Positions 1-12,347 of a DNA stretch of 64,000 nt are shown here, one piece after another. This DNA is from Anthoceros angustus (Eukaryota > Plantae > Anthocerotophyta). Numbering within the stretch: the first letter of the stretch is position 1; every line of letters starts with the position of its first letter. The stretch is taken from contig MU008178.1 in NCBI GenBank assembly GCA_010909165.1, forward strand, positions 1,066,369 to 1,130,368, in the 5' to 3' direction. Below the pieces are notes generated by a model. It was not told the origin of the DNA and searched no databases. It saw only the letters and a list, made by a program, of their open reading frames with translations. A program made the position numbers and the translations under genes.

Positions 1-138
1 CAAACAATCGAGACAATTTTGAACATACTTAAGCTTTAGAACACAACCTTCTTGGATGAACAAGGTCACATCGCTACCATCATCTAGTGATAAAGCTGTT
101 GTACCTTCATTATGGGTGATATAACTATTTATAAGAGA

Positions 139-324
139 ATAAATGGTTTTAGTAAAAGGATATCTATCCAAAATTTGAGCACTCGTTGCATAAATAGTTT
201 CAATAAAAGGATATCTATCCAAAATTTGAGCACTCGCTGCATAAATGGTTTCAGTAAAAGGATATCTATCCAAAATTTGAGCACTCGCTGCATAAATGGT
301 TTCAATAATAGGAAATCTATCCAA
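139..324. repeat. 51-bp tandem repeat, about 3.5 copies
   Basis: Unit AAAAGGATATCTATCCAAAATTTGAGCACTCGYTGCATAAATRGTTTCART is repeated; it explains the 17-aa periodic ORFs at 112-330 and 129-380. Confidence 0.95.
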
Positions 325-459
325 TCGTAGGAGCGCGATTCTTCGGCGTGACATACCCAGTACGTGTGTGCTTGCATCAATGAGCGGCCAAATGCAGTCC
401 AAAAGTAGGACTCTCAATGCGCTCGGAGAGATGAGGAATCAAGATGCCGTGATGTGTGC

Positions 460-1050
460 ATCACATCGTATACGAGCACTTCCTCAATGCATAACTATGC
501 AAAACAAATCTAATATGTAAATATAGGTGTAAACCAATAACAATAGGAGGGAGTAGCTCGCACGTCTTGGCACAAACAAACTCTCCCCACGAGAACAACA
601 CGCAAATTCCTCACACATCGCTCTCGGAGTCATAGCTTTGGCCTCCTCACAACACTCTTGCATGGCATATCTAGAGGACAAGGTATGATCTTGCAAGGAA
701 TATGGTATAGCATGTTACTTGGAATGAGGTTGTCCTCTGTGAAAGGGTCTATATATACAAGCTCTTGGCATCATCATATTCTTAAGATATCCTATTGGCA
801 TCAGCATATGCCGGAAATATCCTAAGAATATACTATAATATGCAAGGAATATGCTAAAGCATATTACTTGAGCTTATCTACTTAGCTATTGTTAACTATG
901 TTTAATTAATACTAATCAATGCTTACTAAACATAAACACTTTAGATTAATTAATAGTAATTACTTATTTAAATATAAGTAATTAGATTAATTAATGCTTA
1001 TGAAACACTAAACCCAAGTGCAAAGATTAGTGTCACACGGCATGACATGT
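460..1050 (-). repeat. Diverged LTR-like repeat, reverse-complement copy of the unit at 14069-15380
   Basis: The reverse complement matches the 14-15 kb unit (e.g. GAGGCCAAAGCTATGAC..GAGAGCGATGTGTGAGGAATTTGCGTG; start CATGCCGTGTGAYACTAATCT..GCACTTGGGTTTAG). Confidence 0.8.
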
Positions 1051-1199
1051 GGGAGCCGTTCAAGGTGAACAACCTTTTGGCTTATCCTAGGATGTGCCTC
1101 CTTAGAAAACTCTTGTGGAGTTGACATGTGCACCTTTGATATAATGGTTGTTTGTGATATCTGTTCTAACCCTCCTTGCCGCTAGATTCCTTCATCACT

Positions 1200-2960
1200 A
1201 GGTGGAGCGCAATTGGCAAGGGGCCACGTGGACGGTGCTGAGAGGAGAACGGGCATGGAGCGCACCAGGACCGCAGGGTTGCCGCGCGCGTTATGGGCGG
1301 TGCATGACCCAAGTACATGCGCCAGGACGGCGGCGGCGTAAGGCTAGAGTACGCGATGCAAGACTGGCGATTCTGAATAAAAGGACGCCCTCCCACGCTT
1401 CGCCATTTCCAACGCTCGACGCTGAGAGAAGGCCCTTCTCTCGACCGACCGATGGCGCATTACTTGGCGATCATCTCGCCTTCCGGCGCTATCTCTTCCA
1501 ACGCTCGACGCTGAGAGAAGGCCCTTCTCTCGACCGACTTCTCGGCCAGGTCACTTGCGCTCGAGCATCTCGGGCGCTTATCTCTTCCAACGCCTAGGGC
1601 AACCACGGCCATCTCTCGAATCGAGCGCCATCGCGCGAACGAAGGAGAGCATTGTTGCCCACCACCTCCTCACAGCATGGGCATGGGGGCCCAAGAAGGC
1701 GGCGGAGGTCTGGGAGCCCTAGCGCTTAGTGGAGAAAAATATCGTCACCAAGCGCTACCTAGATTTCGGACCCTGGCTGGCGGAGGCAGAGGAGCTGGTG
1801 GAGGACTGGCACATGGACATCTTGCAGGCGGTATGGACCTTCGACAACATAACTGGTCCGGAGTATGCAGGAAGATCTTGGCCAACAAGCCAAAAATGCT
1901 CCAAGAGCTTGAGGGAAGACCCGAGGAGATGGACCGTGGAGGTCCTGCGAGCGATCTACAATAGGCCGGTGGACAAGATTGGGGGCGTAGTTCCGAAGCC
2001 CCTTAAGGTAAAAAGGAAGGTGGAGGTAGCAAAGGCGGCGCTTTTGAGGCCGGGGACGCAGCAGTCCTCAAACGAGTGGCTAATGTTGGACCTGTTGGAC
2101 CAACGTGTGACAGCGGTGGCGAAGGTCATCGTGCACTGGAACATGCTCACCAAGGTGGACCACCTTGGTGACAATTTGCTTCTGTTCCTACACGCCCTGC
2201 AGAGAGGAAAGAGAGCGGACTGGGGAAGGATCGTCTTCGCCCGGATTAACCAGGAGGCCAGGAAGTTGCGAAACGAGCGGCCGCCCCCATCGGCGCTGTC
2301 TCCGTTTATCGTCCACATCTGGGGACACCTTAACCTCCTGAAGGAGGGAGAGGAAGAGCGAGCACTCCGGAAAGGCCCCCACCAACGAAGCGCCAAGGAA
2401 CGCACCGGTTCCCCTACCCCTACCTACGGAGTGGCAGGAGGCGGAGGAAGCCGTCAGAAGGGCGGAGCGAGATGCCGCCCAAGGAGCAGGAGGCCACTGG
2501 CAGCAACCGCCCCCTGAGCCAGTCCTGTCTCCGACGGGAAGGGGCAAGAGAGCGAGCTCCAGGACCCCCTCACCACCTCCAAGCCCCAAACGAAGAAGGG
2601 CGGAGAAGGAGCTAGTGGCCAAACGGGCCAAAGAGGTGGAAGGTCGGACCCGGGATGCAGACCTAGGGTCTGATCGAGTCGAGCCGATTCGGACTCCCTC
2701 GGGCTGATATGCGGTCCTTAACGGACCGGAAGATGCCCGCACCCACAACGGACTTCTGCCTCCAGTGGCCGTGGAGGAAACTGCAGGTGTTGGCAACGTC
2801 ATGGGCCAGTATGCTCAGGGTCTCTGTGAGATGGCAGAGAAGACCCAGGAAGTGGAGGCCACCAGGAGGTGAATGGTGCTACTCCAGGGTCAGGTGGAGG
2901 CGGCCCAAGCGGCCAAGAAGAAGACGGAGTCCCTCGTGAGAATCGAGGAGGAGAAGCGCC
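1200..2960 (+). mobile_element. Fragment of a GC-rich Ty3/Gypsy (Tat/Athila-like) internal 3' region
   Basis: Collinear homology with 6400-8200, which runs into a PPT and LTR; contains the accessory ORF 1729-2517. Confidence 0.55.
1729..2517 (+). CDS. Retroelement accessory ORF of unknown function (about 262 aa, no true ATG start)
   Basis: Long open frame; motif LHALQRGKRADWGRIVF...SALSPFIVHIW resembles extra ORFs of plant Athila/Tat elements; a decayed paralog lies at about 6840-7930 (NIVTRRYPDFGP vs NIVTKRYLDFGP). Confidence 0.45.
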   Translation: MEKNIVTKRYLDFGPWLAEAEELVEDWHMDILQAVWTFDNITGPEYAGRSWPTSQKCSKSLREDPRRWTVEVLRAIYNRPVDKIGGVVPKPLKVKRKVEVAKAALLRPGTQQSSNEWLMLDLLDQRVTAVAKVIVHWNMLTKVDHLGDNLLLFLHALQRGKRADWGRIVFARINQEARKLRNERPPPSALSPFIVHIWGHLNLLKEGEEERALRKGPHQRSAKERTGSPTPTYGVAGGGGSRQKGGARCRPRSRRPLAATAP

Positions 2961-3324
2961 GAAGCTGACCATGTTACTCTTTTGCCTCAAAGAAAAAAAC
3001 TAACATAGTCAGCTTGCCCACAGTGGATCATGACCATGTTCGATGACTGCCTGGCGAACGCAGTGTTGGCACTTCGTGGTGTATGCAAAATGTGGTGAAC
3101 TGGAAGGTGCATGCCAGATTTTGACAGCTGAACGGCCCATGAAAGAGGACTGCTGGTCACTTGGTGGACATGTTTGACAGAAGTGGAAGGTGGTTCATGT
3201 GGTACTCCTTAATGTATTCATGGATGCTAGTTCATATGGCTTCTCGCATCAAGCAATCACGTTCTGAGTTATAGTGTCGAATTTTTGGTGGAAGTTGTTT
3301 GACAGCTAAATGACACATGAAGAG

Positions 3325-6262
3325 GACTGCATGTCTCTTGCCTGAAGGTGGTGCATGTCTCTTGCTTGAAGGTGGTGCATCTCTCTTGCACGAGGGTGTT
3401 GTGGAGTCTTTGGTTGCGGCTCGCTTCTGTGCCGTTCCTAACTCTTGCTATGATTTATGTGAGGCACGAAAGCAAGTGGTGCGACTTGGGAACCGTGGCT
3501 TGTGTCTCTCTCATTGCCGGTGGCTCACTGAATTTGTCAATGGCACTACGCTTACAATGTGAATTTGTCAATGGCCTTTGGAAGCCCGTGCGTATACAGC
3601 GAATGCAATGGACCTTGTATATGAGACTACGTTGTGAATTTGGTGTAAAAGCGTCGAGGCTGATCCGGCCTTGTCATACATTTTACAACATACAAGTGCG
3701 CTTTACAGCGGACGTGTTGTAAATTAGACTATGTTGTAAAATTCGTGGGAGGCCTATCTTGGCCTCTCTTAAGCGTTTACAATGTACAGTGAGGTTTGCA
3801 ATGGATCGTGTTGTAAATTAGATTAGGTTATGCGTATGTTGTAAAACATGAGAGGCGATCTGGCCGTCTCAAACATTTTACAACATACAAGTGCGCTTTA
3901 CAGCGGACCGTGTTGTAAAACACGGTCCGTTACAAACAATTAATCTTTTCTTAGAGGAGGTGTTGATCGGAGAGAGGTGTGTTTGGGTATACCTCTTCAC
4001 TCCCACTTGTTGATCATTTTGGAAAGTGATGCTCCAACAACGGATCATCTCCGGTCCTTGTAGGATGGAGTCGGGTGAAAGCTGCAGATGCATTGCGTTG
4101 GTGCGTTCCGCTCCTCGCTTGGTATATATTCGAGCGTGCTGAGAAACCAGTCCTCAGTGCGTTATATTCCTCTTCTTCATCTTCACGCTCTGCAATTGGA
4201 GAAGGGGTTGTGGGCGTAACGTCGAGATGTCGTCCTCCTCTAAGGATGCGAACCCCGCCGGCCGAGACTCCCTAGGCGCTGCGGCAAGCAAGGCGGCTGG
4301 GACAACCTCCTATGCTTTCGCAAGGGACCACTGCTTCTGCTGCGGGAAGCTCGAGCCGACCAAGCAGGCGCCCTCCAGCTGTGGCGGTCTTGAGGACTAG
4401 GCGAGGCCATGTCATGGAGGACATGGGAGGTCCTCCATTGCGCGCTTAGCTTCCACAATTTCTCCCACGTGCCCCTACGCTGCGCAAGAGGGGCTCGGGG
4501 CCCTGACACATGGGCTGAGGCTATGTCTGACGGAGGTGAGGCCCTCACGGCCTCAATTTCCCTCGAGGTAACCACGATAAGGATGTGAAGATTGTGAGCC
4601 TAGGCACTGTCGTAAGTCTCTATCCCGTATCGATGCATCTTGGTCTGGTCATGAAACGGATCAGTGCGTAGTTACACTGTGTTCTGGTCATGTTGTAAGC
4701 CACGTGAGGTGGGCTATGGACTTTGGGGTTAGGAATAAGTGGGGTTTTGTTTTTCGTGAGTCGAATAGTAAAATAAGGCGGAAAGGAGGAATGCATGTCT
4801 CTTGGCTCAAGGTGGTGCATGTCTCTTGCTTGAAGGTGGTGCATCTCTCTGAGGGTGTTGTGGAGTGTGGTTGCGCCTCCGCCTCCTCGTGCTTCCTAAC
4901 TTGCTATGATTTATGTGAGAGCCTCAAAGCAAGTGGTACCTTTTGGGGAACCGTGGCGTGTCTCTCACGATCGCCGCCGGTGGCTCTCGTGAATTTGTCA
5001 ATGGCACTACGCTACATGTGAATTTGTCAATGGCACTGAAGCCCGATCGAGGCGATAACGCAAGATCGCTTTGCAATGGACCTTGTATAAGAGACTACGC
5101 TAGAATTTGGTGTAAACGTGCAGAGGCTCGATCCCTACTACATTTTACAACATACAAGTGCGCTTTGCAACGTGTTGTAAATTAGACTATGTTGTAAAAT
5201 TCATGGAGGACTATCTTGGCCTCTCTTAAACGCTTTACAATGTAAGTGCGGTTTGCAATGGATCGTGTTGTAAATTAGATTAGGTTGTACGATGTTGTAA
5301 AACATGAGAGAGGCCCGATCCTCGCCGCTCAAACATTTTATTAATCGTATATTGCTTGAATGCACCGTTGTAAAACACGGTCCGCTGCAAAGCCCAATTG
5401 AATGCTTTGTCTTCAAGCGGAGGAGGTGACCGATCGAGAGGTGTGTTTGGGTATACCTCTTCACTCCCACTTGTTGATCATTTTGGAAAGTGATGCTCCA
5501 ACAACCGGATCATCTCCGGCCCTTGTAGGATGGAGTCGGTGAAAGCCGCAGATGCACTCATTGCGCACGCCCCTCCCTGGTATATATTCGAGCTGCGCTG
5601 AGAAACCCTCACCAGTGTTATATACCTCTTCTTCATCTTCACGCCTGCAATTGGAGAAGATGGAGCATAACTTGATCGAGATGTCGCCCTCCGAGGATGC
5701 GAACCCCACAAAGAGAGCCTAGGCCGCGGCAAGCAAGGTGGCTAGGACAACGCCTCCTGCCGCCGCAAAGGACCACCACCGACACCGCCGCTGAAGGCCG
5801 AGCCACCAAGAAACGAGAGCGCCTCGGCACAACGCGGGCAGCCGAGGCTAGGCGCGAGGCCATAATCGCGGAGGACATGGGAGGTCCCCAAGCGCGCTTA
5901 GCTTCCACAATTGCTCCCACGCATGCCCCACGCCACCCGGCCGCAAAGAGGGAGCTTAGGGCCTACAGCCTCCGTGGGCCTCGAGGCTAAGGCACGATGG
6001 AGGGGAGGGAGGCCCCTCACGACCTCAAAATTTCGAGGTAACCCCGATAAGGATGTGAAGATTGTGAGCCTAGGCACTGTCGTAAGTCTCTATCCCGTAT
6101 CGATGCATCTTGGTCTGGTCATGAAACGGATCAGTGCGTAGTTACACTGTGTTCTGGTCATGTTGTAAGCCACGTGAGGTGGGCTATGGACTTTTGGGGT
6201 TAGGAATAAGTGGGGTTTTGTTTTTCGTGAGTCGAATAGTAAAATAAGGCGGAAAGGAGGAA
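3325..6262. repeat. Tandem duplication of about 1.47 kb (about 3325-4792 and 4793-6262)
   Basis: Both copies begin GCATGTCTCTTG..AAGGTGGTGCATG and end ...AAAATAAGGCGGAAAGGAGGA. The last ~215 bp are near-identical; the rest differs by many small indels. Each copy includes a TTGTAAA-rich block resembling CACTA subterminal repeats. Confidence 0.9.
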
Positions 6263-6399
6263 TAAGCACGGATGGTGCTCGGGTGAGCTCGGAGTATACT
6301 CGGACTGGAGTAGCGGACCCCGGTACCACCATGGATGAGCTCGACTTAGGGAGTAGCAGGATAAGTCAGGACCCCTCCCGGGTCAAAAGCAGGATAAAT

Positions 6400-9300
6400 C
6401 GCCCGAGAAAGTAATTTAGAAGTTGAGTCGTGAGGCGGTGGCGCACGCGTGGGCCACACAGTGGAGGTCGGGCATGCGGCGGGCAGGGCCGTGGCCGAGG
6501 CGTTATAGCGGTATTCACGCCCCTTGAGGCATGCGGCAGTCGTGGCGTAAGGCAGTGCGCGGCGTAAGGTCGAGAGTAAGCCATGAGACCTCTGGCGATT
6601 CTGACGAGGAAGAGGCACCCTCCGCCCAGTTACTCAGTAGCGGCCGCGAGGAGGTCATTTCTCTTGCGACCTCGAGACAATTCGCGGTCTCTTGCGCTCC
6701 GCAACCGGCTCTGGCGCTATCTCTTTGAGCTCGGGCAGCCTTGGCGGCTCACGTTGAGGTTGGAGTGACAGCGAAGAAGGCGCATCGTGCGGATCTCGGA
6801 CAGCGGCTGGCGAAGGGAGAAAGGCGATGCAAAAGGCTGTATGGGAGCCATGGAACACAGTAGGCGCAACATTGTGACCCGGCGCTATCCGGACTTTGGG
6901 CCATGTGGAGAGGCGGGAGGATTAGTGAAGTGGCATAGGCGTGTTCGGTATGCGGGCGTTGTGATGTCACTGCAGTCGGGAGTTCGCCGGAAGATGTTGG
7001 CGGCCAACAAGGAGGTTCGATCCAAGAACCTCGGGAGGATCGAGGCGATGGACCTTGGAGGTCACGAGGCGGCCTAACCGCGAGGAGGATGGGGCGTGGT
7101 CCCGAGCCCCTCAAGGCGGGGAAAGATAGGCGGCAAGGCGATCTTTGAGCCGCGGCGGACAACCAGGTGGTTGATATCGGACTGCTTGGACGGAAGGGTG
7201 AGGCGTGCCGGATCATTGTCCATCGGAACTTGCTCACCAAGGTGGATCACCTTGGTGATAATTCTTGGTGTTCACGCATGTTGCGGTGGGCAAGAGGCGG
7301 GTGGGAAGGATCATCTTCGCCGGTTGACGAGAGGCCCTGGTGAGGCGAGAAGCCCTCGCCGTCAGGACTATCCCCATACGATCCATGTATGGGGACATTA
7401 CGACTCTGAAGGATGGGGAGGTAGGCGGGCGCTCGGGAAGGGTTGGCGGCCCTACCAGAAGTGAGGCAAGGGCCGAGGTAGAGGCCCGACCCCTAGGGCC
7501 AAGCAGGGTCAGGAGGAGGGCGGCAGGAAGGATCTGGGACTCCATCGTCTGGGCGGACCCCTCACCACCTAAGTGTGGAAGATCCCACTTCCCTCCTCTT
7601 TAGTGCCCGCCGGGCGGCCAGTCTGGCGAGGAGGCGGCCCCGCAGACCGGCCACAGCGGCGGCGGAGGCCCGGGCCCCGAAGAAGGCGGAAGGCAGTGCC
7701 ATCATGCTCGGGTGCTGTGCCTCTGCCCCTTGCAGGTGGCAGGTGAAGAAGGCGGTGAGAAGGCGAGGCGCGCGCCCAAGGGCAGGTCAGCGGCAACCCC
7801 ACCGAGATCTGTCGGCCGGGAGGCAAGTGACTCGAACCCCTCACCCCTCAAGGCCCAGGAAGAGGCGAATAAGGAATTGGCGGCCAAGAGGGCCAAGGAG
7901 GTGAAGCTCGGGACCTCGGCAATCGGGACCTAAGGGGCACAGTGGGTCAGAACCAGTCGGACTTACTCGGGGCTGCAGTATGGAGGTCCTTGGCGGACCG
8001 TGAGATGCCCGCTCCCTCGGACTTTTGGGGTCTCACGGTGGCGGCCGTGGAAGAGACACGGCGGGTCACAGCTACCGTCATGGACGGTATGCTTTGGGGT
8101 CTCTGGGGACGAGAAGACCCGAGTAGAAGCCACCGGGAGCGCATGGTGCTCCTCCGAGGCGGTTGGGCCCGGGAGGCGAGGAGGAAGGCGAAGCTCTCGG
8201 CCGCATCGAAGGAAGCGGGAGGCCGAAGGAAGTCTGGTCCATTCGTGGGACTAAATTCCTTCGGTGGGTGGCGGTGAGGCAGCCTGAGGAGGCCCAGCGG
8301 TGAAGACCTCTGCAGGGAGAGGGGTAGCGCGGAGGGAGGCGGAGGCCGGCGCAAGCGGAGGCTCGTGACGCGGCGGGGGCCAGCCGTGAAGCCAGTGAAA
8401 GCGGCGGGAGGCGGAAGCCCCTAAGGCCGGCCGCGATCACTATCGGCGTGATCGGGCCGGTGGAGGGAGGCGGCGAGGATAGCTGCGGCTAACACGAAGA
8501 AGGCGGAGGCGGCGGAGGCAGTGCGGGCAGCCATGCAGGAGAAGGAAGCCCGCGACAAGGAGATGGAGGATCTCGGTCTCGATTGCGTGAGGTGGAGCAG
8601 TGGCGGAGATGGAAGACGCAAGAGACCACAGGCTGCGGCTCAAGTTACCATTGAGGAATGGAATGTCTGCGTGATCTCGGATCACGAGCGAGAAATAAGC
8701 GGCTCCGGCTACATTGGAGACGGAGGTAAGCGATGGAGCAGGAGGCGGGGCGTCGCGAAATGGAGAAGGACAGGCGAAAGCAATGTGAGTTGCCCGGCGA
8801 GAGGAGATGGCGGAGCTAACGGCGAATAAGCGAGGAAACCTTTGGGCCTTGAGAAAAAGCTGCTGGTCGATTAAGGAAGGCGGAAGGGCTGCTGCGCTAT
8901 GGCGAATGGTAGCGGAAGAGGCGAGGCTGGGCGGAACAGCGGCGGTTGCGAGGTGTGGCGGCCCTTGTGGCCTCGCGAGATTCGGCCCGGCTCCGGTGAA
9001 CTGGCGGGGATGGTCCAAAAGCGGACGCCACGCTCTCCGAGCACCAATGGCGAAGGAGTATCGGGTGCTCGGGCACATGTGGAAGAGCAATCCAAATTGA
9101 CTCGGATTTTGCCTACTACTTGAGCTCCTTAAGGCATTGGAAGCCTCTCGGTGCCCGCTACTGCAGACGGACCGGAAGGCTCGAGAGGGATGAAGGGCAT
9201 GGGGGCGGCAGGGACCCTAGTGGCCTGTTTGGAGGCAGCGTGCGGGGAGAAGAGCCTCGGGGAGGGGGGGCCAGCCAATACGGATCTCGGGGTAAGTCCA

Positions 9301-10260
9301 ACTTTGCTCGGGAGGATAGGCCACGAAGGCGCGGAAGGAAAACCAACGGCCAAGACAAGGGTCGGTGGGAAGGATGAGGACCTAGCAGAGGTCCGCAGAT
9401 AAGGGGTCCGAGCTTGGGGACCGGACCCGTGTTCGAGACCCTAAGGTCCGAACCCTGAGACCGGACCCAGACCGGACTCGGAATAAGGCAGACTCAAGTT
9501 CAGACTCGAGTGAGGCCGGACCTCGAGGTCCGGACTCGAAGCAAGGAGAGTCCCTCAGGCTTCTGTTGGGAGGCAGTCGGTGGCCCTAGGAGGGACCCAC
9601 TGGGGGCAGGGGCGTTGTGTGTGTCGTCGACCGCCGCCGTGTAACACGGCGAGATTAGGGAAGAGGAAGGGGTCCCCTCGCGGATCATCCGATTGGGTGC
9701 GCGCTTAGGCCGGAGATTGGACCACCAATCCGAGGCGGAACCAGGACCTTCCAGGCCCAAGCGAAGGAGATAGGAGGGAGGAATAGGATGGTAGGCGGCG
9801 ATTAGGGCGTCTTGTAACCACCGGCTCGAATAGAAGTGTAATAAAGGCCGACTTGGGCGTAGTATAAGAGGCTCGGAATAAATCATCTTCTCTTGGTGTT
9901 GATCGCGTTTCTTGCAGACCTTTGTGTGTCTTCATGCATGAGTCTGAGTCCGGCGAGCCACGGCGGCTCGGAGAGGCAGTCAAGGTCACAGTAGCGGACC
10001 CTAACGTGTGTGGTGTGTGCGAGGAGGGACGTGTTCGTCGCCGGCGTGTCAGCGGGCGAGCGTGGCGGAGGAACTCGGGGGCGTCTGAGCCGGGCGGAGA
10101 GGCCCGGTTGAGCAACGGAGGTCGGTGTGTAGCCACTTGCGTTCTTTTCCAAGGTTGATGAGCGTAGTAGAGTGATGAGAGGAGCGGACTTGAGGACGGT
10201 GATGTGCGGAAACGTACGCAAACGGGTCCTTAAGCGTTTAGCCACACGGGCTGTTGTGAA
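6400..10260 (+). mobile_element. 3' half of a Tat/Athila-like Gypsy element: decayed accessory ORFs, short repeats, PPT and 3' LTR (about 9616-10260)
   Basis: Decayed paralog of the 1729 ORF, Ala/Glu-rich coiled-coil remnants, CCGGAC/GACTCG repeats at 9380-9560, purine tract TGGGGGCAGGGGC at about 9601, then a TG-starting segment with AATAAA/TATAAG ending GGGCTGTTGTGAA. Confidence 0.5.
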
Positions 10261-10379
10261 CGTTATGAGTAGTTAGACGCAATCGGTGGACCATGCCAAG
10301 TGTGACGAATCGGAAGATGCACGCCTGCTTTTGGCGCTGGCGGAAAATTCTTACGACATTTACAATCTTGGCACTATTT

Positions 10380-11481
10380 ATAAATCGATAAATTTGTATA
10401 AAATTTTACAATGTATTTGCAATGAACATGCCACATCAGCAATTTCACTAATATATAACCTCATAAATGACATAAATCAGGAAAAGGTCTCTTCCACATA
10501 TTTACAACGGCATTTGCGACAAGCATGCCACATCAACAATCTTACTAATATATAACCTCATAAATTACATAAATAAGGAAAAGGTCTCTTCCAAAATTTT
10601 ATGGCATTTCGACAAACATGCCACATCAGCAAATAATATATTTATTCATGGATATTGGCTGGCTTGTGCATTTTACAACCATAATTCTGACGCATGTGAC
10701 GTCGTAAATATACAATAAAATGAATAATCCAATAATATAACATAAATTGGAGAAACCATTTTACAATGATATTTGCAATGAGCTTGCCATGTCAGCAAAT
10801 AATAATTTTATTTATAGATATTTATATAAAATAGTTTTCATGCGTTTTACAACCATAGCTACAATGCATGTGACACGTCAGTAAATACAAAAAAAAAAGA
10901 TAATCCCATAACTAACATAAATCCAGAGAAACATATTTACAACATCATTTGCAACGAACTTGCCACATCAGCAAATAATAAATCTATTCATAGATATTCC
11001 AATAAATGGTATTATTCCAAAAAATCAAGTCTTGCACAATTTACAACCACATCTACAACAAACATGGTTTACAACGTCTTTTACAAGTACCGTTTACAAC
11101 ATCCTTTACAAGAAACAGGCCACGTCATTATATATTCAACAAAATGTAGTTTTATTAACAAATAACCCCCATAGTTTTCTAAATCAAAAAGAGTTTATGC
11201 ACAATTAACAACGTCATGTACAACGAGCAAGCCATGTCAACAAACCCCGTTGTAAAATTCGTGTCAACATGCCATGTCAACAAATCCCCGTTGTAAAATT
11301 CGTGTCAACATGCCATGTCAACAAACCCCATTGTAAAATCCATGCCACATCATATTAGTTAGGAACCCTTGTTGTAAATGTTCAAAAACTTACAACAGTG
11401 GCTTTGAGTATAGTAAGAGTGTTGTAGTTTCCTCTAACTAAACTTAGACCCACTTGTAAAAGGTAGCCCCTCCTTGTAGTG
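10380..11481. mobile_element. Orphan CACTA-type terminus with AT-rich subterminal repeats (second copy ends at 13079)
   Basis: Reverse complement from 11481 reads CACTACAAGGAGGGGCTACC; it is preceded by many TTGTAAA/TTTACAA and GCCATGTCAACAAA repeats and directly abuts integrase coding sequence. Confidence 0.7.
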
Positions 11482-12347
11482 ATGTGCAGAGGTTCTCACT
11501 GACCAGGGCAAAGAATTCCGTGGGGAATTTCAAGACTTGCTTGATAGGAGCTTGATTGATCATCGACGCGTCGAGATCATCCTCAAGCCGATGGACTTCT
11601 TTAGCTTGGTGCAGACCTTCAAGCGGGCCTTGCGAAAGTATTGTCTCACAAATGACCCAAAGACATGGGATGAAGGGATGCCATACCTAGTGCTAGGGTA
11701 CAAGGTGAGCAATCAAGTAGCCTTGAGCAATTTTTCACCATACTACTTGTTGTATGGGCGACAACCATTTTTGCCAAACGTGATGTAAGCAAGGCTACAA
11801 GCACCAGTGGATTGGTGCAATCCGGATGATTACCAACGAGACCTGGAAAGGCGGGCAGAGCTTTTCAAACGAATCATGCCCATGGCAATGGAGAACCTTG
11901 TCATAGCGCAACACAGGGATCAACTGCGCTATGCTTACACACGAGGAGGGACATGGAAACCCAAGGTGCGCAAGTTCGAAGTTGGAGATTATGTCCGCCA
12001 GCGGGCAACACCTTGGAGGTATCCACCGGCGAGTCATCTTGCGGGTCGTGCGAGTAGGCAAAGATGGAGTGCTTGAGCTCGAAGGATCCGATGGCGAAGA
12101 TGGAAGGATCACCTCAAGAAGCTGCGCATGCCACTTACCCAATTTGGACCCTCAACTACGGCCTACAATGTGGCGTCCACCCAAAGACTTGGAGTGTCGG
12201 TTTGTGGACGTCGATGATGATGATGTAATGCTTCTTTGTGATCGGTGCAATAGGGGATACCACATGTTTTGTGTTCAACCACCTCTTGACGACATTCCAG
12301 GAAGATTGGTTTTGTGCACAATGCACTACATGAGGTGCGTCGTATAG
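11482..12347 (+). pseudogene. Ty3/Gypsy integrase C-terminal half fused to a PHD finger (frameshifted)
   Basis: VLTDQGKEFRGEF..LDRSLIDHRR...VQTFKRALRK...FSPYYLLYGRQP (rve core); AQHRDQLRY..KFEVGDYV; then C-x2-C..MLLCDRCNRGYHMFCVQPPLDDIP.EDWFCAQC (C4HC3 PHD, about 12192-12325, rebuilt across 1-bp shifts). Confidence 0.85.

Noticed and set aside
4000-4250. Gypsy RNase H end on the minus strand (LEYIPG..N..AF.RL; also about 5480-5650)
   Set aside because: The upstream RNase H motifs are missing and the sequence is too garbled to support the call.
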